This document shows, one piece after another, positions 36,898 through 47,784 of a stretch of DNA of 64,000 nt. A program made the translations under genes and the position numbers. The stretch's first letter is position 1. The number at the start of each line of letters is the position of its first letter. Source of the DNA: Epithemia pelagica (taxonomy: Eukaryota; Protista; Bacillariophyta); NCBI GenBank assembly GCA_946965045.2, contig OX337238.1, positions 2,356,001-2,420,000 on the forward strand, written 5' to 3'. The notes under the pieces were generated by a model. That model saw nothing but the letters and a program-made list of their open reading frames with translations. It did not search any database and was not told where the DNA came from.

Positions 36898-39610
36898 TCA
36901 TCGTTGCGGTTTGCGTCGATCAAATCGATGACTCCATTCATTCGGCAACTGATCCATTTCCACGGGACCTTGTGGAATGTCCAGTACGGTTCGCCACAAT
37001 TCCTCGGATCCAGCAGCCACTTGCAAATCCCGTACCACAAAATTGTTGACAAACCCAGAACCTGGTAGAACAAGACAGACGCAACAAGAATTCAACAATG
37101 GACGCGCACAAGCACATGAGTATATGACAGGACAATCGGTGAGCGTTGTGGATACACACAACACGAGAGAACTAGACTTGATACGTACGACAACAAAGGT
37201 CAAAGGTCGACCGTATCACATTCTCTTTTTGGGATCCCTCGGGCAATAATTGGGCACAACGAAGCATGTTGCCAAACGTGACATGATCTGGTTCTTCCGG
37301 TCCCTTTCGAACCTCGTTAAACACACGAACGGCAATTTTAAACGCCTCCAGGGGGTCCGATTCCGGTGCCGTTTGGGATTCGGCACAGGCCAGTAACACG
37401 GCATTTCGGGTAAACACGGTAGGCTGGATGGACTCGGATCCCGAGGTTGTGGAAAGATGTTGCATGCGTTGCAACATGGCATGGGCCCGGATTGCGAGTT
37501 TGGGAATATGAGCCTTGGTCATGGCTCGAATAAAGGATGTGTACACGCGTTCATTGGGTTGGACTCTCCCCGCGGAGCGTTCTTGTTCCATGATTTGGAA
37601 TACTTGATAGCTTCGACGAAAGGAATTTTCGTCATTGACCAGAGTGTTTGCCTCAATTATTCGATCGTAATGTATGGAATCCGGGTGCATTCCCTTGTCC
37701 ATCATGAGTTGGAGATACCGTTGGGCTTCCTGTGGAAAGCCCTTCTTGGCCCAACCCACGAGAATATTGCTGTAAATATCTTTGACATCTTTGGACCAAG
37801 TGGCAGGTAAAGAGGATTCGTCCAAGGCTTGTGAGGGAACCAAAAACTCTTCATACCGCTCCAAGAGCAATTCGGCTTCCTCCATGCTATCCGTTGTGTT
37901 GGACCGGATCCAAGAATCAATCACCATTCGGATGGATTTGATGCTGGGCTTCATACTCTCGTCCCCATTTTCATAATAGTCTCGCGTCATGTCTAGCAAT
38001 CGTTCCGCCTTGGCTGGACCGTCTGCAACTTTGGAAAAGGAATAGGCATTGAGACATGAAGCATACACAATTGCGTCGGGGCGATAGGAGATTTTTCCTT
38101 CGCCATAAAGCTGTTCCATCATATCCAGCAACTTTCCAGCACGTTGAGCAGCTCGACGAAATCCCTTTTTGGACAATCGTGACCATGCACTTATGACAAT
38201 GGTCCAACTGGCCACATTGGGTTCTGCAAGAGCAAACTCCCCGTCCATGTGCTGATTCAACAAACTTCGAAGAATACGTTCACTCTGAGAGGCACCATCC
38301 CAGTCTCCTTTTTGGGCATAGGCGTCAATCAGGGATGTAAAGCTAAACATGTTGGGTTTAACCAGACCATGGTTACCGTTTCGCGTATCCGTCTCGTCCA
38401 TAATGTAAATCAATTTTTCGGCTCGCTCTGGTCCATAGGGTAGACCACTCTTGGCCCATGCGACCAGAACAACATTAAAGCTGTCAATAGTCATTCCAGA
38501 GGCTTCTCCATCGACCATTGTGGGAGGGAACTTTTCAATAGCTTCCATTAATACTTGTTCGGCAATCTTGGCCGATCCATTGTTACGGCTTTTTGCCAAT
38601 CGGGAAATCACCAGGGTATACATGACAGCCGTCTTTTCTGGTGCCTCTTCAAAGACGGACCATACAATGCGATCGACATGTCGATCACGAGAGGATGTCA
38701 AGATACGAAGCACCGTTTCATACGTGTCAATGGAAGGTTCCGCCCCGGACAAACCATCCCTGCGAACCAACTCGTTTTGAAGATTGAACAAGCGAAAGAC
38801 CCGATCCACAATTCCAGGCAAGGCGTCGGTATTCAAATGCTCACCATCTCGCAAGGCCACAGTTTCCCACATTTGAAAGACTCGTAAAAAGTCCATGGTC
38901 GTTGGTTGAAGAGCCATGACTCGGTCTTGCGGGTAATCTTCGCACAGGGCCGTCTGCCATTCCCGTATCCTTCGGTCCAATACGGTTTCGGCCGCCTCGG
39001 CCACGTTATGGTTCACTCCATTGACCGTCAACTCGTCGAGCACCGTACCAAGAGGCTCTTGCGAGATTCCGAGTTCATTCACATCCAACGCACCCATGGG
39101 AGTCTTGTCCAGCGTCTCCAAAAAGTTGGAAAACTCATCGTCATGCTGATGGGGAAATCTTTCTTGTTCTGCTGTATCACCATCATATCGATCACTTACA
39201 GTGGCATTCGAGTATACAGACACCACCTCCATGGAGTGAGAAGGGTTGTTTTCGTTTTCCTCATCGTCATCGCTCGGTCCCTCCATGTCATTGTCTCCTT
39301 CCTCTTCCACGACGAATTCTTCCACCATGGCATCCACAAGATCTTGAAATAAAACATCCTCGTCTTGGTCAAAAAAAGACGAGGCCAGAGACTCACTTGT
39401 GGAACCCACGGGTGACTCGTGGTATAACATGGATTTGCTACCACTGCCTGATTGCGATGAAGTGTGCGACGGTTGATACCTCTTGTTGCGTACACAAGCT
39501 GGCATGTACAACAAGAACGGAGCGACAGCCGGAACCCATAATAACAGGGTCCAACAAGAGAATCGCACCAACACTAGTGTCCTGCCATATGGTGCCAGTG
39601 TTGGAACCAT
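36898..39610 (-). CDS. Pentatricopeptide-repeat (PPR) protein, probably plastid-targeted; intron 37062-37188
   Basis: PPR-like repeats (PNMFSFTSLIDAYAQKG, PNVASWTIVISAWSR, PDAIVYASCLNAYS, PNERVYTSFIRA, PDHVTFGNMLRC); signal peptide then AVAP-F; GTACGT...TACCAG intron yields CCRSGFVNN...LPNEWS. Confidence 0.9.
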
Positions 39611-40443
39611 TCTGTACTATCCAGCTTGATGAATGTCGTCTTTCCACAATTACTGTGTGATACCCGCACAGCTAGAGAGAGTGTGTGTAGAGAATCTCAA
39701 TGAACCTTGCAACAGTTCCAGGGTAACAATCGCATCTACCGGAAACGACGATACTGTGATCTGTGATTGATCATTTTGATGGATGGATGGCATCCATCCA
39801 TCGATCGGATCGACCATAGATATATAGTTTGGTCGTGTTTGACGTCACCCAAAGATACTTTTCTGTGTGACTCGTGACTCGTGATGTCCGGCGTACGGAC
39901 AGACACATCGTAGCAGACGCACTCTGGAATCTGGAACTGCAGTTGGAGTACAAGTAGGCTCCAAACGGTCATCCAAACCATCACGTGCGTGTGCATTGGT
40001 ATACAACGGTCTTTGACATTGTCTCGATATCGGCTAAGTCGAATACGAATATGGAGTTAGGTAATCACTCAGCCATTGGATTCGTGTGGCTGGGTTTCGT
40101 TTGGTATACTCACAGTGGGGTCTTGTACAGAGGATTGGGAATCTGGGTTTTTCCATGGCGTTGAATATACTGCGTGTCAAAGTCAACCACGGCGTGGAGG
40201 AACTTCGTGGCGAGACACATGAATGGGTGACAGCGAGGGACTGGAATCGTGGACACGCCTCTTCGTTCGAAGACTATGCGTCTACCAAGAAAGTTCTTGA
40301 TGCGAGAAAGGAACACTCCCACTGTTCTTGTCTTTAGTGAAGGAGTGAAATTGGAAGCCTGCGAGTTTTCAAGATTTCGATGGATCTCAGATTTCAGATC
40401 CTCGTCAATTCAGAGATTCTTGTTGGTCGAATACTCTGCAGCC

Positions 40444-43212
40444 ATGTCACTTCAAGAGTTGGCGCTCCAATCAGGGCTTGGCTTTTCCAATTTCGATGAC
40501 AGCGACCCAAAATGGGATACAAAGGACTGGCCTCCGTTTTGGGGTGGAACACGAAATCATCATGCATCAGTTGTTTTGGTTCATCCGGACAAAAAAACTG
40601 AAGCCATTGTGGTAATCGGAGGACGCCAAAACCTCAACAGCGTGGATTCTGTTCTTCTCTTGAATGTTGGCGAAGAAACCAAGAAGTGGCGAGAAGGACC
40701 ACCATTGAAGGTACCGAGAAGTTATCATGCAGCAGTGGTCTGTAATGGTGGAGTTTATGCAATAGGAGGATACGGTGGTCGGAATGCGTTGGACACCATC
40801 GAACGAATTGATGTTGAAGATTTGCTTCGAAAACCATCAACGAACAACTCCAAGAAATGGACTACTTTGAAGTGTCGCTTGTCCACTGAAAGAGATGACT
40901 GGCCAGGTGCTGCAGCAGTACATAATCGATTCATTGTTGTCGCAGGTGGTCGCAATCGTGCATCGGGAGTCTTGTCGTCGGTTGACATAATTGACACCAC
41001 AGTGAAAGACCAGCACACTGTCATTGCCGGGCCCTCCTTGAGTGTTCCACGGACGTTTTGTGGAATGTCTGTTATAGGCCACTGCCTCTATGTGGTTGGA
41101 GGACACAACAATCGTGAATCACTTAACTCGGTCGAGTATTTAGAGTTTAGCAGTGATCATAATGACACCATGATCGCACAATCCATATTTCCCTCTTCGT
41201 CAACTTGGACGATCCATTCTCATCTCGTTCTATCTCAGCCTCGGTACCAGCATGCCATTACGACAGTTGGTTCATGTCTAATAATTGCTGGAGGATGCAA
41301 CAAATCGTCAGGTTCTGTCGAAGTCTTGGACAGCAAAAACAATGTTGTGTGGCCCCTTCCACCCCTGACTCAGGCACGCCGTGCAGGAAGCATGGTTGCT
41401 TTGACCAATGAAATTGTCGCTTTCGGTGGCTATGATCTAGATACTTGTGAGAGCCTTCCATTGATCGACATGAAAGTCCAACTCATGGTAAGACTTTATT
41501 TGATTGCCTCGAATTTCTGGGCTATGGACGACACTTAAGATGCATTTTTTTGTTTGTTTCTCACTTTACAGAACTCTTATTCCTGTCGTGCGGAGTTGGA
41601 AGAAGAAATCGAAAACCTTCACATGACGATGCAACGGGCGAACATGGACGGCATCAACGTACATGAACTGAAAGAAGCAGCCAAGGCTGAACTGTTGCTT
41701 CCTCTGGTTGAATCGTTGTGTAACCACGAAAAATTCCGAACTGTTCGGGAACTTCAAGACGAAATAAAGAAACTCGAGGTCCAGATGAGGGAAAGTCGAG
41801 GATTTAGAGAGCGTGTTCCCATTGCTGAGCACATCCAGAATCTTCAAAACCTTAATTCTCGGAATGGTGATGCTGGCTGTGACACGAAGCGTCCCGGCCG
41901 ACGTTCACAAGCTGTAAACGAATCGGAGGAATGTCGATCGAGTTCAGCCAGCTCTGAGTTCTACAGAAAGCTAGTTTCAATTGACGACGAAAGTGATGAT
42001 ATACTTTTCAAGGTTCATGATGCGGCATTGCTCATCTATAATGTCCATCACTTGAAGATATTCTGCACGTTTCTGAATCACCTCTATCGTTCTTCTAAAG
42101 TTCATGCCAAAGACTGGCACCGCTATACGGTGAAAGCGTTGAAACAGACAGCTAGAAGAATTGATAATATGGACCATGTAGGGCGAGCAATATTTGGACT
42201 GGTCGTCAACAAATGCCGTCGCGATGGAATCAAGTTTGATGCTAACATGGTGAAGCATCCTGTTTCCGATTCCTCATCGTGCAGGGCTTCATTCCTGAAT
42301 ATTGACATTCGGACAGAACTGGCAAAGTTGCAAATTTTACAAGAAGACAATATTCCCCGCTCAAGCGTTACTTCTCAAAGTAATAAAGCTGCTGATGGTT
42401 ATCTCCAAAAAGTCAAGTCTTTGGGTGGGCCACTTAGGGAGATGCTTGAGGCATCGTTTCAATCCTACGACCAGACTGTTGCAGTCGCGATGAATATAGC
42501 TATTTTGCAGGCATTGTCATTTGACCATTATCGGAATGAAGATGCTGGTCCCCCTACTATTTCCCAGTCTGTGCTCTGCCAAGTGGTGGATTTTGTTGAT
42601 CTTTCCCATATTTGCTTTGTTGTGGATCAAATTGGAGATGAAACACTCAATGCCGCATGCCGTGTGGGTCGTTCCATCATAGAGAGGGCAGGCAAAACTT
42701 CATCGGAACGTGATGGCGCAGTGAAACGTATTGATTTGGTAACAGCATTAGGCCTGCTGGCGCACGAAACGAGAAAATTGAAGCAGTGCGCTGGTCATGA
42801 CGAAGCCGTGACATTGATGGCTTTGATGGTTACGGTAGGTATGATTCATTCTCTCGAGGACGATTATGGTGGGAACGACAGGAAGTTCATGGCAGATGGG
42901 CCGTTGAATGACGGGTCTAAATTTGGTCGTTTTGTGCATCAATCTCCTTCCACCAAGGTCCCTTCCCCAGTGTTGCTTCGTAGTGATATCTTAATGACGG
43001 CAGAGTGGGAAACGATTGACAAAATGAAAGAAATGATTTTGGAGCATAACAGAATCAACCGCCAGCTTTGCGACCGCCTGATAGAGCTGGAGCAGTTCTG
43101 TGCACAGCACTTGCCACGAAAACGAAAAGTGATGATCGGAACTGGCAACCACACTCATTCCAATCAAGCGGGCAAATGTCAAGAGAGTTTACAAGACGAC
43201 ATGATTATGTGA
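40444..43212 (+). CDS. Kelch + helical-hairpin + helical-domain protein K7; intron 41488-41571
   Basis: Kelch ORF joined by an 84-bp GTAAGA...TTACAG phase-0 intron to ORF 41554-43212, which carries the same helical domain (EFYRKLVSIDD..FKVHDAALL..SQSVLCQVVDF..DLVTALGLLA). Confidence 0.85.
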
Positions 43213-43671
43213 GACGGAACATATTACCTAGTCGAAGAGGAGACAGCCTACATGCATCCAATGTCGGTGAAGATCTAGTTAACAACTTGGAAGCAATGGT
43301 GATGCAGCAGAACAAAATCATTCGGCAACTTTCTGAGCGGCAAGCACACCTTGAGGATTTGCGTCCAGAAAAGGAGGAGTGGCGTCTTTGCTTGTGGCCG
43401 TTTGTGTCTCACGCATCACCAGAAACCAGAAGTACGAAACAATCTGCTCATTCACATATGCAGATATCTATATGAAGCGGCATATCATTCGTAGATCACT
43501 TCCTTCATTATGTAATAGATCATCAGAATCCATACGAAATGCTTTACTCCTACGTCTTAGCTGCTATGAGTCCAAAGCAAAGTAGCTAAGAGAGGCAAAC
43601 TCTGATTCTGTGGAGTTTTCATAGGGGTAAAAATTCGTCGTTGCAATGAAAGCAACCTTGTGCCTCTCGCC

Positions 43672-44409
43672 TCAGATATTCTTGACATGGTCCTTTTGAG
43701 ACACGACTGAGGCTCGTTCCCAAAGTCGATCAAAATGAATCAGAGGTGCCGCATAGTCACTTGTCAGACGTTTGTGGTGATTCAAATGATCTTGTGTCGA
43801 CACACCAAACCAAGGCAAGTGATAGTGATCGACCAAGGCTGGTGTATGAATCAAGAGATTGGGAATGGCAATGAACGTTGCACCCAAGACGGCGCTTATT
43901 TCATCCGCGTCCATCAGGTAGGCACCGGTAAGAATGGGAATCATGTAGGCCACGACAAATTCAGTCATGGACACGGCGTTGGCCGAAGAGGGCAGCACAA
44001 TGTCGTTGAATTTGTGATGAAATTTGTGAATCCAATACAAACCAGGAACCTCGTGAAAGGCCTTGTGAATCAATGTGTACATGACACCCTCAATAACAAC
44101 AATCCCCAGGACAGCCATGGCTTGCTCTCCCACACTCTTGGTGGCGGAGGGTGTACCACCACCATTGCTGGAGACGATTGCCATCATGGTACAATGATAG
44201 GTCAAGGCTCCGAACACGGGGACATTGAACACATTAGCAATCCACGCTTGTTGATAGAGGGCTTTCCCATTAGGTTTGGATGTGATAAATTTATGAACAT
44301 GGTCGCGACAGGTCCATTCCAATGCAGCTGTCAACAAGAGTGTCAAGCACGACAAGATTCCTCCTCGAGCGAGATTCGTACCAATGTCAAGAGTCGTTTC
44401 CATCCACAT
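43672..44409 (-). CDS. Fatty acid hydroxylase / sterol desaturase superfamily protein, intact copy
   Basis: Three His boxes HKAFH, HKFHH and HLNHH with hydrophobic segments. Confidence 0.9.
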   Translation of the reverse strand: MWMETTLDIGTNLARGGILSCLTLLLTAALEWTCRDHVHKFITSKPNGKALYQQAWIANVFNVPVFGALTYHCTMMAIVSSNGGGTPSATKSVGEQAMAVLGIVVIEGVMYTLIHKAFHEVPGLYWIHKFHHKFNDIVLPSSANAVSMTEFVVAYMIPILTGAYLMDADEISAVLGATFIAIPNLLIHTPALVDHYHLPWFGVSTQDHLNHHKRLTSDYAAPLIHFDRLWERASVVSQKDHVKNI

Positions 44410-45091
44410 GCTGCGATTGTTGATGCTGTTCCTGTGGCAGAGGTTCGTTGCTGTTGTTTACAACTGTGACTTTACCAGGATGAGCCTGGGATATGGTTCA
44501 ATTCTATTGATGGGTCGTCTCCTCTTTCGACCAAGAAGAAAACAAAAAACTGACACCACCCCGATCCAGAATCCAGTCGCGCAGTGTTGACACATCCCCC
44601 ATTCTTGAGATTGAGCGCGCACCTGCGTGCATGCCCGCGCGATACTCCGCGCGAGTCGACTGTCTGTATCGATGACCCACATTTGACGCTGTTCTCTCGG
44701 GTTTGTCTCAAGGACGCGAATCTCCTAGGCTTCAGGTATAGAGAGACGATCCAATGAATCGTTGAATGAAACATGTGCCATGTTCGAGAACTGAAATGAT
44801 TCATGTCTATCAACAAGACTATGTAACGCAGGTTGGAAACTGAGTGTTCTGTTGTTTATGTTACGAGGAATGAAATGCAGACCCATATTGAAACACATAA
44901 CCAAATTTCAAGAAAACATGAGACGTTATCATTATACGAATGAATTTCTCCTATTGTAGTTTTGTACTTGCTGGCGCCGTAAGAACATTGTACATTGCTA
45001 ATTGTTGCTTCGGACAATGGTCGATGCCCCACGTCATCCTTTGCACAAAGAAACATACACCTCCTTCTCCTTCTTGCCTTCTCTATCTCTA

Positions 45092-45888
45092 CTAGTGTAC
45101 TTTTTGGATTTTGGAAAGGGAGTCTTCCGACGCGACCGACATGATGGATGGTGATCGCGTGACAACAGCATGGGCAAGGCGATCAAAATGAATGAGGGGT
45201 GCCGCGTAGTCACTTGTGAGACGATGGTGATGATTCAAATGATCTTGTGTCGACACACCAAACCAGGGCAACTGGTAGCGTTCCACCAAGGCCGGTGTAT
45301 GAATCAAAAGATTTGCCGAACTAAATACGGCCACTGCCAACACAACACTCAGTTCATCGGCATTCATGATGTAGGAACTTGCGGCAATGGGCATCATGTA
45401 AGCCACGGTAAATTCGACTATGGATACGGCATTGGCCGAAGAGGGAAGGACAATGTCGTTGAATTGGTGATGAAATTTGTGAAAGCGATACAAACCGGGA
45501 ACTTCATGAAAGGCCTTGTGAATTAACGTGTACATCAAACCTTGCAAAAAGACAACTCCAGCTACCAAGAAAATTCGTTCTCCCAGAGAAATGGGGGAAA
45601 CGTCTTGCAAACTCCTGTTGTAACACACTACCATCATTGTGGTATGATATGTCAAGGCTCCAAGTACGGGGAGTTGTACAAGACTGCCGCCCAGGCTTGT
45701 CGGTACTACTCTTGTCGTCGTGCCAGAGTTTTTTTGCCCTTGCCGTCGTCATCGTCCTTTGACAAAAACCTTTTGACGTCGTCGCGACAGAACCATTCCA
45801 ACACGGCCGTAATGAGAACTGTCAGGCCCGTCAAGAAGCTTCCACGAATCAAGTTGGTTACCAAATCTTGACTTGTCTCAAACAACAT
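45092..45888 (-). pseudogene. Fatty acid hydroxylase-family copy 2 (nonsense at 45706 plus 1-bp deletion ~45687)
   Basis: Same His boxes; TAG where copy 3 has TTG; gcggcagt vs gcggccagt in copy 3. Confidence 0.85.
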
Positions 45889-46269
45889 TTTTCAATACGT
45901 CCAAAGGCTGCGTGTATGGTGGACAACTATACAACAACGAGAAAGAGGAGAGCAAACCGCAAAATCAAATGAGAGATCCTGTTCCCTGCGTCTTAACTTC
46001 GCGCCATTAGACGTCGTTGATTCGATTGTTCGTCGATCGCTATGACAGATGACAAGATACAAGATGTGCTGGGTTTTCTTTCGAAAAAGGTATCCTGCGG
46101 ATTCCGGATTATCCTTCCGGACGCTCTACAGTCGCATATGGGTCATTTAAAATGTCTCCTTTTCTATTACTACTCTAGGCTATCTACTCAATGGAACTTT
46201 AGGCTTCAATTTCTCCTAGGAGTAGTTTCGTAGAGTATACTTGCTTGCTCATACGGAGCTTGTTCATTG

Positions 46270-47452
46270 CTAATAGTGTCCTTTTTGAATTTTGGAAGTG
46301 GAGTCTTCCGACGTGACCGAGATGATGGATGGTACTCGCGTGACAAGAGCATGGGCAAGGCGATCAAAATGAATGAGGGGTGCCGCATAGTCACTTGTGA
46401 GACGTTGGTGATGATTCAAATGATCTTGTGTCGACACACCAAACCAGGGCAACTGATATCGTTCCACCAAGGCTGGTGTATGAATCAAGAGATTCGTTAA
46501 ACTAATCACGGCCACTGCTAGGACAGCACTCAGTTCGTCAGCATTCATGATGTAGGAACTTGCCACAATGGGCATCATGTAAGCCACGACGAACTCGACT
46601 GTGGATACGGCATTGGCCGAAGAGGGAAGGACAATGTCATTGAATTGGTGATGAAATTTGTGAAAACGATACAAAGCAGGAACTTCATGAAAGGCCTTGT
46701 GAATTAACGTGTACATCAAACCCTCCCAAAAGACAACTCCAGCGATCAAGAAGATTCGTTCTCCCATGGAAATTGGTAAAAGGTCTTGCAAACTCCTATT
46801 GTAACAAATTACTATAGCTCCTTGGAATGGAAGTAGGATTTTTGTCCAATATAGCCTTATATTGCCCACGACGGCCGCGCTCTCATACGCGAGCAAGTGC
46901 GGAGCGAAAAAAGCTAGTGCGGAGCAAAAAAAACAGTCCTGGGAAAAAAGTGTGACAGTTAATTAGGGGGGACTCGGAGGTTATAGAAGCAAGCGACGTC
47001 CCCTCCTGGTCGTGGGGGCACTTGTCGGGGCTATTGACTCCTCGGCGGGCAATAGCTCCTCGTCATGGACCGCCAAATCCGCTGACGCGGATTTAGAAGG
47101 CGGTCCACTTCTCGGAGCTATTGCCCTTCTCGGAGTCAATAGCCCCTCCTCGTGCCTCCCCACTCCGCGGAGCGGATGTAGATATACTACCATCATTGTG
47201 GTATGGTACGTCAAGGCTCCAAATACGGGGAGTTACGGGGAGTTGTACAAGACTGGCCGCCCAGGCCTGTCGGTACAATTCTTGTCGTCGGATACAACTC
47301 TTTTTGCTCTTGCCGTTGTCGTCATTCACCACGAATCGTTTGACGTCGTCACGACAGAACCATTCCAACACGAGCGTCATGAGAATCGTCACGCCCGACA
47401 AGAGGCTTCCTCGAAACAAGTTGGTTGCCAAGTCTTGAGTTGTCTCCAACAT
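46270..47452 (-). pseudogene. Fatty acid hydroxylase-family copy 3, disrupted by a 379-bp insertion and a 10-bp tandem duplication
   Basis: 5' part 47186-47452 and 3' part 46270-46806 are colinear with copy 2; tacggggagt duplicated at ~47224-47243. Confidence 0.85.
46807..47185. mobile_element. 379-bp non-coding insertion with a long internal hairpin; putative non-autonomous transposon
   Basis: Absent from the equivalent site of copy 2 (gtaaca-c-actacc). Internal inverted repeat 47027-47146, direct repeat GTGCGGAGC-A-run x2, near-terminal palindrome CCACTCCGCGGAGCGG; no obvious TSD. Confidence 0.7.
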
Positions 47453-47784
47453 GTTTCAATATGCAGCGGTTGCGTCTATGTACAAATATACAAGAAGGAA
47501 TGAGGAGCAAACCAGAAATGAGCTCTGAACTTCGCAAATGAATGCGACGACGTTGATTCGATTGTTTGCCGATCGCCATGACAGCATGTGCTTTGGGGTT
47601 CTTTTTTCTTCTCTTCTTTGTCAAAAAGGTATCCAAGCAGGCTACAGATTAGCTCTCAGCGGAGGTGTTTCGGAGGTAGTAGTTTCTATGTTACAATTAT
47701 ACACCCTCATATCCCAACCCTCGCTGGGGGTACAAGATAGATGCTCAGTACCGCTTTTCAGACGCATATACGGCGCTTTAGAAT

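Noticed and set aside
43735-44469. 244-aa plus-strand ORF (and similar long antisense ORFs at 34253-35089 and 33302-34039)
   Set aside because: They overlap better-supported genes on the opposite strand and have no recognisable features.
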